A program made the position numbers and the translations under genes. This document shows positions 6,753 to 15,850 of a stretch of 31,969 nt of DNA, piece after piece. The DNA is from Candidatus Omnitrophota bacterium. GTDB taxonomy: Bacteria; Omnitrophota; Gorgyraeia; Aquiviventales; Aquiviventaceae. Numbering within the stretch: the first letter of the stretch is position 1; each line of letters opens with the position of its first letter. The notes below the pieces were generated by a model that was not told the origin of the DNA, made no database searches, and saw nothing but the letters and a program-made list of their open reading frames with translations. The stretch covers positions 1-31,969 of the forward strand of contig JAJDCC010000039.1 in the NCBI GenBank assembly GCA_029261015.1, given 5' to 3'.

Positions 6753-8949
6753 AAGAGCGGGCGGTGCCTTTGAAAAGCTGGCGCCAGATGACAACAAAGC
6801 CCGAAGCGATGTAAATGGACGAGTAGGTACCGACCACAAACCCCACCATCAAGGTAAAGGCAAAGGTGTGTAAGACTTCTCCACCCACCACAAAAAGCGA
6901 GATGACTACCATCAACGTCGTTAAAGAAGTCAGCAACGTGCGGCTCAAGGTTTGATTCACACTCATGTTGATGACATCCATAAACTTCATTTTGCGATTG
7001 GCTCGGTCATTTTCACGAATACGGTCATAGACCACAATCGTATCGTTAACCGAGTAACCTGCAATCGTCATTAAAGCGGCCACCACCACGAAATCGATTT
7101 CTTTACCCGCCAAACACAATGCCCCTGCACCAATAATCACATCATGTGCCAGAGCCACCAAAGCGGCTAAACCAAAATCAAAGTGCCTAAACCTAAAGGC
7201 AACAAAGAGAAGGATGGCGCCCAAAGACCACAGAATGGCAAAGCTGGCCTTCTGTCGCAGGATTGGACCGACTGTCGGCCCCACACGCTCAACACGCACC
7301 AACTCCGCTTCACCGAAAGTGCCTTCAATGGCTTGTTTGGTTTTGGCCATGGTGATCTGTGTTTCTTCATCACTCACATCCGGTGTTCGCACTAACCATT
7401 CGGTAGGTGAACCAAATGACTGAATGGTGGCACCCTCAACGCCAATTTTATTCAAACTATCACGCATCACATCCGCTTCAATGGGCTCATTAAAACGGTA
7501 TTCCTGCAACACACCACCTGTGAAATCAATACCATAACGGGCTTCACCCTTCATCACATATGAGGTTAAGCCAATCGCAACAGCGATCAATGAAAGTCCC
7601 CAACACACAAAGCGCTTGCTGACAAAATCAATTTTCGTGTCGCTTAACAACTTCATCATGCCCAATTTTTTCAGCCGTCCGGTCGCCAGCAAGATTTCAA
7701 ATAACATGCGAGTGACAACCAGTGAAGTGAAAAGGCTGGCTAAGATACCAATACCTAACGTGGTCGCAAACCCACGAATCGGCCCTGTTCCGAACCAATA
7801 CAAGAAGAAAGCGGCAATCAATGTTGTGATATTAGAATCGATGATGGCCGAAAACGCTTTGGCATAACCCGCATCAATGGCTAAGCTCACTGGCCGTTTA
7901 GCCGCCAATTCCTCGCGCATACGCTCAAAAATCAGCACATTAGCATCGACTGCCATACCAATGGTCAGGATAATACCGGCAATTCCTGGCAATGTCAGTG
8001 TCGCACCAAAATACCCAAGACCACCCAGCACCATCAACACATTAAGCGCTAACGCAATCACCGCAATCAGTCCAGCTAAGCGATAAAAACCCAACATAAA
8101 GACCACAACAATGACACCACCCAAAGCAATTGCCTTCACACCAGCATCAATAGAATCTTTACCGAGGGTAGGCCCAACCGTTCGCTCTTCTTCCACAACA
8201 ACGGGCGCAGGCAAAGCACCCGCACGCAATGTGATGGATAAATCATTCGCCTCTTCACGTGTGAACTGTCCTTCGATAATCCCTGAGTCTGTAATGCGTG
8301 CACGAATAGTGGGTGCAGAAATGACAGTGTCATCTAAAACAATCGCCAAACGGCGGTTAATGCTCGCACCCGTCAGACGGCCAAATTCTTTAGAGCCCTC
8401 TTTAGTCAGACGAAAACTGACGACCGGCAAACCAATCTGGCCAACATCCACATAAGCATCTGCCAAAATATCGCCCAATAACACATCTTTGGTTTCTAAT
8501 AGATAAGGCGCCCCATCATTGCCATTTAGGAGAATATTCCCTTCCGGAAGGTTGCCATCAGTGGCTCGCTGCAAAGCGCCGCGATTTTCAGAAACCAGCA
8601 TAAACTTCAACTGAGCGGTTTTTCCAATGAGGTTCAAAGCCCGTTCACGATCGGTCACGCCTGGCAGCTGAATCAAAATGTGTTCTGTGCCCTGACGCTG
8701 AATGACCGGCTCACTCACACCGAATTCATCGATACGATTACGCAAAATTTCCAAAGCAATTGCCGTCACATCTTCATCTTTGGCATCCTCTGGAAGTCCA
8801 GACGTATCTACCTTGAGCACCAAGTGCATGCCCCCCTGAAGATCTAAACCAAGATTAATGCGTTCTTGAACTGGAAATGCAAAGTAGGCGGCTAATCCCA
8901 CTAAGAAGACGACCAAGGGAAACTTCCATCGGAAACTGGCTGGAAACAT
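6751..8949 (-). CDS. secDF: Fused protein translocase subunit SecDF
   Basis: LGLDLQGG, RNRIDEFGVSEP, AIVLDD, LRAGALPAP, IGMAVDANVLIFERMREE (SecD), then GIDFTGG, VGPTVG, GYSVNDTIVVYDRIRE, TLSRTLLTS (SecF) in one ORF. Confidence 0.97.
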   Translation of the reverse strand: MFPASFRWKFPLVVFLVGLAAYFAFPVQERINLGLDLQGGMHLVLKVDTSGLPEDAKDEDVTAIALEILRNRIDEFGVSEPVIQRQGTEHILIQLPGVTDRERALNLIGKTAQLKFMLVSENRGALQRATDGNLPEGNILLNGNDGAPYLLETKDVLLGDILADAYVDVGQIGLPVVSFRLTKEGSKEFGRLTGASINRRLAIVLDDTVISAPTIRARITDSGIIEGQFTREEANDLSITLRAGALPAPVVVEEERTVGPTLGKDSIDAGVKAIALGGVIVVVFMLGFYRLAGLIAVIALALNVLMVLGGLGYFGATLTLPGIAGIILTIGMAVDANVLIFERMREELAAKRPVSLAIDAGYAKAFSAIIDSNITTLIAAFFLYWFGTGPIRGFATTLGIGILASLFTSLVVTRMLFEILLATGRLKKLGMMKLLSDTKIDFVSKRFVCWGLSLIAVAIGLTSYVMKGEARYGIDFTGGVLQEYRFNEPIEADVMRDSLNKIGVEGATIQSFGSPTEWLVRTPDVSDEETQITMAKTKQAIEGTFGEAELVRVERVGPTVGPILRQKASFAILWSLGAILLFVAFRFRHFDFGLAALVALAHDVIIGAGALCLAGKEIDFVVVAALMTIAGYSVNDTIVVYDRIRENDRANRKMKFMDVINMSVNQTLSRTLLTSLTTLMVVISLFVVGGEVLHTFAFTLMVGFVVGTYSSIYIASGFVVIWRQLFKGTARS

Positions 8950-8954
8950 AGAGC

Positions 8955-9248
8955 CTACTCCTTGCTTTCTTTGGCTTTACGCACCCGCTCAATGGCTGAG
9001 CGCTCAACTTCAATACGGACATTTTGATCGATCCTTAAGGTAAGCACATCATCCTTAAGGTTAACGATCGTACCAATAAGCCCACCTTTAGTGACAACTT
9101 CATCATTCTTTTTGAGGTTACTGAGCATATTGCCATGATCCTTTTGGGACTTGATCTGTGGACGAAAGACCAAGAAATAAAAAATCATAAACATAACCCC
9201 CAAAGGGACTAACAATCCTTGCACAATACTCGGTGCTTCTTGCTCCAT
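8955..9248 (-). CDS. yajC: Preprotein translocase subunit YajC
   Basis: N-terminal TM, FYFLVFRPQ, LKKNDEVVTKGGLIGTI. Adjacent to secDF. Confidence 0.95.
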   Translation of the reverse strand: MEQEAPSIVQGLLVPLGVMFMIFYFLVFRPQIKSQKDHGNMLSNLKKNDEVVTKGGLIGTIVNLKDDVLTLRIDQNVRIEVERSAIERVRKAKESKE

Positions 9249-9265
9249 AACTCAAAACCCCTTTT

Positions 9266-10474
9266 CTAACTGCCAATCACTTCAACAGGTGTCCGGAGCA
9301 GTGTCTCTAAATCCACATGCTGTATGCCCGGATAATAAAATTCGAGAATCTGCTCAGCAGTATACCCTAAACGCGCCAATTCCGCTGCTCCCCACTGACA
9401 TAAACCCACACCATGTCCCCATCCATGCCCTTCGACAACAAATGCATCATCGACCTTGGTGACATTGAATTGCAAGCTACGCAACATTTCAAAACCAAAT
9501 AACGCACGGAAATCGTATCCCGTTAATTCTAGCGTACGCTTGTCTCCTACAATTTTGACTTGCTCTGCGCGCCCTCCGGCTGTGCGCTTGGTGACCACCA
9601 CTTCACGTACCGTACCCACTTTACCGTGCGGGCCTTTGTGCAACACCCAGTTCACGTCTTCTTTGGTCAGACGTCGCTTCCACGTATGAAAAGGCGATGC
9701 GGTGCAGTACTTACACATGAACCCACCTTCAAGTGGCGGAATATCGTATTTTTCGCCCATAATGCTGGCATTTTCAATGATGCCACCACAAGTAGAATGA
9801 TAGAACGGTGGGAACAGTTTCCCTTCAAATAGAACGATTTTGCCCGCCGTGGCTTCAACTGCGATATCCGTCCCCTTCTTCTCAGAAGATTTGCCGCCAT
9901 AATCTTGCGAAAGCACATTGGATGTCACATCAAAATCCGCACCGACTTTAATGTAACGACGGTACACCGCATAAGTGCGCGCAGCAATGGCAATAGCTTT
10001 TAGGGCTTCTTGCGGCCAATAATCCGGAGCTTCTTTACTCAGGACACCGCGCAAATAACTTTCGAGTGGCACATGGTTGATGACTTGCAGATTAAAATCT
10101 TGCTGCCGCATAATCTCAACGGTTCCACGCAAACGCGTGCCATTTAAATTGATGTCTGCATCCCGACTAGGCTCGATGTGCACACCAAAAACCGGTAACA
10201 CACTTTGACCAAATTGAATCCCCTCACTCACCCCACGCACGATCACTTGGGGCATGCCCCCTGCATGTTTTAAGGGACTACCAGATCCCATTTCTCGCAG
10301 CAAATACTGACCATGAATTTGCAGATTCACTTGAGGATCACTTTGAACAATCGAGACACGGATAGACCGCGGATCAGGAGAAACACTTCCTTGAGCGTTG
10401 GCTACTGCTAAAGAAAAGCTGCACTGCGCCAAAAGCAAACCGAGCGCAACCCCATAGGTTTGAAACCGATTCAT
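9266..10474 (-). CDS. SpoIID/LytB domain protein (putative peptidoglycan lytic transglycosylase)
   Basis: Signal-peptide-like N-terminus, LESYLRGVLSKE (catalytic Glu), EALKAIAIAARTYA, YHSTCGG, GHGVGLCQWGA, ILEFYYPG. Start at 10474 gives an ATGA overlap with the DUF2905 stop. Confidence 0.9.
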   Translation of the reverse strand: MNRFQTYGVALGLLLAQCSFSLAVANAQGSVSPDPRSIRVSIVQSDPQVNLQIHGQYLLREMGSGSPLKHAGGMPQVIVRGVSEGIQFGQSVLPVFGVHIEPSRDADINLNGTRLRGTVEIMRQQDFNLQVINHVPLESYLRGVLSKEAPDYWPQEALKAIAIAARTYAVYRRYIKVGADFDVTSNVLSQDYGGKSSEKKGTDIAVEATAGKIVLFEGKLFPPFYHSTCGGIIENASIMGEKYDIPPLEGGFMCKYCTASPFHTWKRRLTKEDVNWVLHKGPHGKVGTVREVVVTKRTAGGRAEQVKIVGDKRTLELTGYDFRALFGFEMLRSLQFNVTKVDDAFVVEGHGWGHGVGLCQWGAAELARLGYTAEQILEFYYPGIQHVDLETLLRTPVEVIGS

Positions 10475-10704
10475 GGTCTGAATTTTCCTAATAGCCACAG
10501 AAATAGTGAAATCCCCCCGCTTATGACCAAACACGTTACCCACGGAAAATAAAAACTGAAATGCTCGCGCCGAACCATAATATCGCCTGGCATTCGGCCA
10601 AAACCTGGAATCTTCCCTAACAATACGATCCCAACACCGACACTCACTAACAAAATGCCTACGACTATCAGCGTTTTGCCTAAGGAAGCCAACTCACCAC
10701 TCAT
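10471..10704 (-). CDS. DUF2905 family small membrane protein
   Basis: GKTLIVVG...GRMPGDI...FSFYFPWVTCL pattern. Conserved position after ruvB. Confidence 0.88.
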   Translation of the reverse strand: MSGELASLGKTLIVVGILLVSVGVGIVLLGKIPGFGRMPGDIMVRREHFSFYFPWVTCLVISGGISLFLWLLGKFRP

Positions 10705-11744
10705 CGCGACGATTGTTCAAACAGCGCTTCGGGTTTTTCTTTCAAAGCCGTTAAATGAGCCACAGCTTTTTCAGACACCATGCGTCCACGAGCTGTCCGT
10801 TTAATAAACCCCGTTGCCAACAAATACGGTTCCACCACTTCAGCAATCGTATCGCGCTCTTCATTCAGTGCAGCTGCCAGCGCATCAAGCCCCACAGGTC
10901 CTCCGCCATAGGTTTCAATGATCACACGCAACACCTTACGGTCCAAACCATCAAGCCCCTTAGCATCTATTCCCTGTTGAGTGAGGGCGGCTTGTACAAT
11001 ATCCATGGTGATGCGTCCAGCATGTTTCACATCGGCATAATCACGCACACGGCGTAACAACCGATTGGCAATTCGGGGTGTCCCACGAGAACGTTCTGCA
11101 ACAGCAAGAGCTGCTTCGGCATCTATTGAGGTGCTCAAAATATCTGCTGAGCGTAAAACCACCTGCGTCAATTGCTCTGGACTGTAAAAATCTAAGTGAT
11201 ACATCATGCCAAATCGCGACCGTAACGGATTGGACAGCAAACCCGAGCGCGTTGTGGCGCCAATCAGCGTAAATCTTTTCAGGTGAAACTTGATGGTCTT
11301 AGCATGCGGCCCTTTATCGATCACAAAATCAATTTCAGAGTCTTCCATAGCGGGATATAAAAATTCTTCGACCACTTTAGACAAGCGATGAATCTCATCA
11401 ATAAACAGCACATCCCCTTCTTGAAGATTCGTCAGTAAACCAATCAAATCCCCCGCACGATCAATTGCCGGCCCGCTGGTTGCCGTTATCTTGGCATCCA
11501 TTTCTGCCGCAACGATATGCGCCAAACTGGTTTTTCCCAAACCTGGCGGCCCCGCCAAGAGCAAGTGTTCCATAGGTTCTTCACGCTTTTTGGCCGCAGC
11601 AACCGCCACTTGAATGTTTTCTTTAACCTGCACTTGCCCAATATAATCATCAAACCACTGTGGGCGCAGACTCAAATTCAACACACTGTCTTCGTCGGTT
11701 TCCACTCGCTTGTCTTGAATGGGCATCTCATGCTCCAACATCAA
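10701..11744 (-). CDS. ruvB: Holliday junction branch migration helicase RuvB
   Basis: LRPQWFDDYIGQ, GPPGLGKT, LFIDEIHR, GATTRSG, SRGTPRIANRLLRRVRDYA, GGPVG, RTARGR. Confidence 0.98.
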   Translation of the reverse strand: MMLEHEMPIQDKRVETDEDSVLNLSLRPQWFDDYIGQVQVKENIQVAVAAAKKREEPMEHLLLAGPPGLGKTSLAHIVAAEMDAKITATSGPAIDRAGDLIGLLTNLQEGDVLFIDEIHRLSKVVEEFLYPAMEDSEIDFVIDKGPHAKTIKFHLKRFTLIGATTRSGLLSNPLRSRFGMMYHLDFYSPEQLTQVVLRSADILSTSIDAEAALAVAERSRGTPRIANRLLRRVRDYADVKHAGRITMDIVQAALTQQGIDAKGLDGLDRKVLRVIIETYGGGPVGLDALAAALNEERDTIAEVVEPYLLATGFIKRTARGRMVSEKAVAHLTALKEKPEALFEQSSR

Positions 11745-12388
11745 ACAGCCTGCACTAAACGTTGTCGATACACAGCATTAAGCAGTTCTTCGGAATCTTT
11801 GACCTTGGGATTATGCTCTAATGCCTGTTTAATCATGGTTTTGGCTTCGGCATTGGAATATTCTAATTGCATCAATACCGCAATCGCTTCGCTTTCCATC
11901 GCATCCGTGGGTGATGCTTTGGCCGTCGGAAGCACTTCGTCTTCTGAACGCTGAATCAACGCATACTTGCCCACCTTGCCTTGAAGCTTAGCAATGATTT
12001 CACGCGCACGTTGAGCGCCAATACCTGGCAATGATTTGAGGAGTTTTTCATCACCTTCATCAATGGCTTGTGCGATGACTGGAATGGGTTGAGTGAATGC
12101 TTTAATGGCAGCACGTGGCCCCACGCCAGAAACAGAAATAAAACGCAAAAAGAATTCGCGTTCCACTTCGTTCATGAAGCCAATCAACACCGGCACACCA
12201 CGATTCATTTCAATTTGTAGGAAATTATAGACAATCAGTTCGATGGTAGCTAAAGGCTCTTTCACGCGCTGCTCGATTTCGCGCAACACAGAGGGTGCCA
12301 CTAAAATCTCATAAGTCAGTGCACCGGCATCTAAAAGCACATGCGTCTCACCAACTTGACTGATCGTTCCACGTATTCGGGATAGCAT
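11741..12388 (-). CDS. ruvA: Holliday junction branch migration protein RuvA
   Basis: MLSRIRG start, IGF...EREFF, two HhH motifs (VSGVGPRAA, LPGIGAQRA), C-terminal EAIAVLMQLEY. Lies between ruvC and ruvB. Confidence 0.95.
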   Translation of the reverse strand: MLSRIRGTISQVGETHVLLDAGALTYEILVAPSVLREIEQRVKEPLATIELIVYNFLQIEMNRGVPVLIGFMNEVEREFFLRFISVSGVGPRAAIKAFTQPIPVIAQAIDEGDEKLLKSLPGIGAQRAREIIAKLQGKVGKYALIQRSEDEVLPTAKASPTDAMESEAIAVLMQLEYSNAEAKTMIKQALEHNPKVKDSEELLNAVYRQRLVQAV

Positions 12389-12389
12389 T

Positions 12390-12887
12390 TTATCTACTTC
12401 CAGGAATTAAGCTTACAGATTCGATGTGCACATACGCAATCGCCAAAGCTAACGCATCGGTGGTGTCATACGACCAGGTCGATTCTAAAGCACCGAGCCA
12501 ATGGCCCACCATACTCGCCACTTGGCCTTTGGAGGCATGTCCATTACCTGATACAACACGTTTGACTCGTGTCGGTAAGTATTCTTCTAACCCCACACCC
12601 TGTTCTTGAACAGCCAAACACACCACACCGCGTGCATGCGACATCAAGGATGCCGTTGTGACATGTTTACGATGGGTAAACACTTTTTCAAGCACAGCCA
12701 TTTGAGGTCGATGTTTGACCATTTGTGCAGCCAGTTCATCATGCAAAAAACGCAGTCGATCTTTGAGGGGTAATTTCTTTTGGGGGCGCACATCCCCCGC
12801 CGCAATGAGCTTCAGGTTGCGACCTTGCGCTTCAATGAAACCATAGCCTGTTGCACCTAAACCAGGATCAATCCCCATAATAATCAG
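12390..12887 (-). CDS. ruvC: Crossover junction endodeoxyribonuclease RuvC (start at CTG 12887 or ATG 12878)
   Basis: GIDPGLGATGYG, VLEKVF, ARGV, GNGHASKGQV, DTTDALALAI; all four acidic catalytic positions are present. Confidence 0.95.
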   Translation of the reverse strand: MIIMGIDPGLGATGYGFIEAQGRNLKLIAAGDVRPQKKLPLKDRLRFLHDELAAQMVKHRPQMAVLEKVFTHRKHVTTASLMSHARGVVCLAVQEQGVGLEEYLPTRVKRVVSGNGHASKGQVASMVGHWLGALESTWSYDTTDALALAIAYVHIESVSLIPGSR

Positions 12888-12892
12888 CGGAC

Positions 12893-13645
12893 TTAACCTT
12901 CCTCGGATGGCATCAGCTCATCCGGAATATCGAAGTTGGCAAAAATGCGTTGAGTGTCATCATTATCATCTAGAACTTCTAAAAGATGCAGCAATTGCTT
13001 AATCTGATTAGGGTCCTCTACTCGAATGAGTGTTGAGGGAATCAGCGTCACTTCGGCATTTTCGGTACTGATTTGATTGTCTTCCAAGGCTTTTTTTACG
13101 GCTTCAAACGTCGAAGTGGGGCTAGTAATGGTCGCCACCCCATCATCCACCTCAAAGTCTTCTGCACCTGCATCCAAAGCGATTTCCATCACTTTGTCTT
13201 CATCAAGACCTTCAAGCGAAACAGGCACAACACCCTTTTGCTCAAAAATATAAGCCACACTGCCAGCCCCAGCAGAACTGCCGTGATTCTTATTGAGTAG
13301 ACTGCGCAAATCAGCAGTTGTGCGGTTGTTATTGTCGGTAAGGCTTTCAATTAAAATAGCAACACCACCCGGGCCATAAGCTTCCATCACCACTTCTTCA
13401 TAAGTCACACCCGGAATTTCACCCGTACCTTTTTTAATGGCTTTTTCGACATTATCTTTAGGCATGTTGGCATCACGCGCTTTATTCATCGCCAACCGAA
13501 GTCGAGGGTTGGAGACAGGGTCACCCCCACCAATTTTGGAAGCAACTGTGATTTCTTTAGCCAATTTAGAAAAGATTTTGCCGCGCTTTGCATCCGCATG
13601 CGCTTTTTTGTGCTTGATAGTTGACCATTTGGAATGTCCTGACAT
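12893..13645 (-). CDS. yebC: YebC/PmpR family protein
   Basis: MSGHSKWSTIKHKK, NPRLRLA, NMPKDNVEKAIKKG, YEAYGPGGVA-like motif, LDDNDDTQRIFAN. ATG at 13645 has SD GAGGG. Confidence 0.96.
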   Translation of the reverse strand: MSGHSKWSTIKHKKAHADAKRGKIFSKLAKEITVASKIGGGDPVSNPRLRLAMNKARDANMPKDNVEKAIKKGTGEIPGVTYEEVVMEAYGPGGVAILIESLTDNNNRTTADLRSLLNKNHGSSAGAGSVAYIFEQKGVVPVSLEGLDEDKVMEIALDAGAEDFEVDDGVATITSPTSTFEAVKKALEDNQISTENAEVTLIPSTLIRVEDPNQIKQLLHLLEVLDDNDDTQRIFANFDIPDELMPSEEG

Positions 13646-13697
13646 CGACCCTCGATCCTTATGCTTGTTGCGTGAACTTATGACTGTGAAGGGGCTT

Positions 13698-13726
13698 AGT
13701 ATATCACCGCGCAATGACTTGGTGAA
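13698..13726 (-). promoter_or_regulatory. Extended -10 sigma70 promoter of the yebC-ruvCAB operon
   Basis: Minus strand TTCACC (13726-13721), 17-nt spacer, TATACT (13703-13698), with TG-n directly before the -10. Confidence 0.65.
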
Positions 13727-13763
13727 GACCTCTCCACGCCATTATCGCCTTTTACAATAAATA

Positions 13764-15446
13764 TCACCTATTGAGGGAGACCTCGGTCGCTTCGAAGCGG
13801 CAAGTTTGAGAAAAGGGGCACCAAACCTTCCCCGCTAGAGCTTCTTCATCTGCATAGCCCAAGTAATGCAACAGCATCGGAAGCACATCCGCCATCGCAA
13901 TCATATCAAGGGTTCGTGGCGATATATGCGGGCCTGCCAACACTAAAGGCAACAAACGATCTTTTCGATTCAAGCCACCAAAGCCATAGGCGCGTTTTGT
14001 GAACCCATAGCCTGTTTGAGCCACCATAAAAAGATCGCCCATGCGTTCATTGGCAAATAATTCAGGAATTGCCGAAACAATACCCGGATAAGCCGTATTT
14101 TTAGTCGCTTCTAACCAGTCACGCTCGGCATGAAAATCACGCGCCATAAACGCAGCAATGCGTGCATCCAGTTCATATTGAAGAGGGTCTTGGCCCTTTA
14201 TCACGCGATAAGCATAGTGACGCTTACCCGCTCTGGTAGTCTGACTGATCAGTCCTTCGCCTTCACGCGAAGTCACCACATAGGTGTGGGTTTCCCGGCC
14301 TCGATAAAACAATAACCCTACACTCTCTAAACTCGTCAGTGATTTGATAATGTCAACGGTCTTACCGACATGATTGGTGTATTTACGCAGATGTACCTGG
14401 GTCAATGGATCCCGCTTTTCTTGAATTCGATGAAGCCTTTGCACATAGGCTTCATCACGTGAGCGGAAATAAAGCATCTGACTCCGATCACCAAAGGGCA
14501 CTTTAGCCACATCATAGGTATCCACAACCCATTCATCGTCCACCCTCTTTCCAGGGCGATAGCATTCTTCGCGCGTACAGCGTGAAGGGGTGTGATCATT
14601 GAGCAATTGATGCAGAAACAAATCCACATTCTCGGCACGCTTTGATGGGGCTCTGCCCTGAGTAGACGTCAATAAAATGGACACCTCATCATAAATACCC
14701 ACATCCTGCAAACTTTGCACGAGTTTGCCAAACTCTGCATCCAACCACTGCAGGTATTCTGCATATGATGATTCTTTTTGCTGCGGCTCTCCGCCTAATC
14801 CCACCAGATGCGCCACAACCAATTGCGGAACGCGCTTAAACTTGCCTTGTACCCGCAATACCGAACCAGCCTGATCTAAAGTCTGCGCATCCAATCGATA
14901 CCAATTCTCCACACTAAAAGCCAATCCGGTATCCAGTTTATCCTGAACCCAATACTCACTGCCCTTTCCCAAAGCAGAAAAGGTAGATGTGGTGTAATTG
15001 GGCTGAGCATAATCCACCAGCGAAGGCACTGTTAAATGCTCTTGTATGTGAAAAATCCAACGGCGTTCATCAAAACGGCGCAAGGGGGTGTCCACAATAT
15101 TGAAATCATTTTGGGTAGGGAGCGCGTGGTGTGAGAGCCCAGCGCTAGTCAACAACACAGACACATTGACAGGAGCAATAGCAGGCACTGCAGACATAAC
15201 GTGCTTTACATGAACACCTCGCTCGATGAGATGGGTTTTCATTGCGGGGAGTTTGCCCTCATTTAAAAAACGCTGAAAGGTTTCAGCGGGCAAACCATCT
15301 ACGAGTAAGAGTAATAAATGATTGTCAGACGTGTGGAGAGACTGTGCATCAAGCTCATAAACCTTCTCAGCAAAGTACTGTGCATGCGTGACACAACCGC
15401 ATAACACGGCGAAGGTTAAAACAACAGCCCTACAGATTGTTTGCAT
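13764..15446 (-). CDS. Alkaline phosphatase/NPP-fold exported protein (probable lipoprotein) with degenerate active site
   Basis: Signal with VLCGC lipobox-like sequence. AlkP-core patterns LLLVDGLP, LDAEFGKLVQSL, RMGDL, PLVLAGP, ADVLPMLL. Catalytic Thr/Asp/His residues are substituted (see findings). Confidence 0.75.
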   Translation of the reverse strand: MQTICRAVVLTFAVLCGCVTHAQYFAEKVYELDAQSLHTSDNHLLLLLVDGLPAETFQRFLNEGKLPAMKTHLIERGVHVKHVMSAVPAIAPVNVSVLLTSAGLSHHALPTQNDFNIVDTPLRRFDERRWIFHIQEHLTVPSLVDYAQPNYTTSTFSALGKGSEYWVQDKLDTGLAFSVENWYRLDAQTLDQAGSVLRVQGKFKRVPQLVVAHLVGLGGEPQQKESSYAEYLQWLDAEFGKLVQSLQDVGIYDEVSILLTSTQGRAPSKRAENVDLFLHQLLNDHTPSRCTREECYRPGKRVDDEWVVDTYDVAKVPFGDRSQMLYFRSRDEAYVQRLHRIQEKRDPLTQVHLRKYTNHVGKTVDIIKSLTSLESVGLLFYRGRETHTYVVTSREGEGLISQTTRAGKRHYAYRVIKGQDPLQYELDARIAAFMARDFHAERDWLEATKNTAYPGIVSAIPELFANERMGDLFMVAQTGYGFTKRAYGFGGLNRKDRLLPLVLAGPHISPRTLDMIAMADVLPMLLHYLGYADEEALAGKVWCPFSQTCRFEATEVSLNR

Positions 15447-15464
15447 AGATTGAGGATTGAACGA

Positions 15465-15818
15465 TCAAGATTTCCAGGTCTTTTTGAACAAGGCTTCATC
15501 AAAACCCACAGTAAACTTTTCACCATCAGTAACAATAGGGCGCTTGACCAATTTGCCATGTTCTGCCAGTAATTTTAATAAAGCCGATTCACTGGTGGTT
15601 TTGATTTTATCTTTCATGTTCATTTCGCGGTAAAGCACGCCTGAACGATTAAATAACTGGCCAATTTCATACTGACCTGTTTTCAGGATAGCTTTAAGCA
15701 AAGTTGCTGAGGGAGGTTTTTCGGTAATATCGATCTCTTGAAAAGCGATCTTCTTTTTTTCTAGAAAAGACTTGGCCTTGCGACAGGTTGAACACTTGTT
15801 ATAGCCATAAAACTTCAT
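15465..15818 (-). CDS. ArsC/Spx/MgsR family (YffB-like) thioredoxin-fold protein
   Basis: YGYNKCSTCRKAK (CxxC), FNRSG, LVKRPIV, VGFDE. SD GAGGA upstream. Confidence 0.9.
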   Translation of the reverse strand: MKFYGYNKCSTCRKAKSFLEKKKIAFQEIDITEKPPSATLLKAILKTGQYEIGQLFNRSGVLYREMNMKDKIKTTSESALLKLLAEHGKLVKRPIVTDGEKFTVGFDEALFKKTWKS

Positions 15819-15850
15819 CCATTCCTCTATAATTGATTTTTGTGCCGCAA

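Noticed and set aside
6589-6873. 94-aa plus-strand ORF beginning MVPERSEG
   Set aside because: It is the translation of the palindromic repeat units and runs antisense into secDF.
9266-10474. SpoIID-like gene as a sign of sporulation
   Set aside because: SpoIID/LytB homologues are common in non-sporulating bacteria at this locus, and no other spo genes are present.
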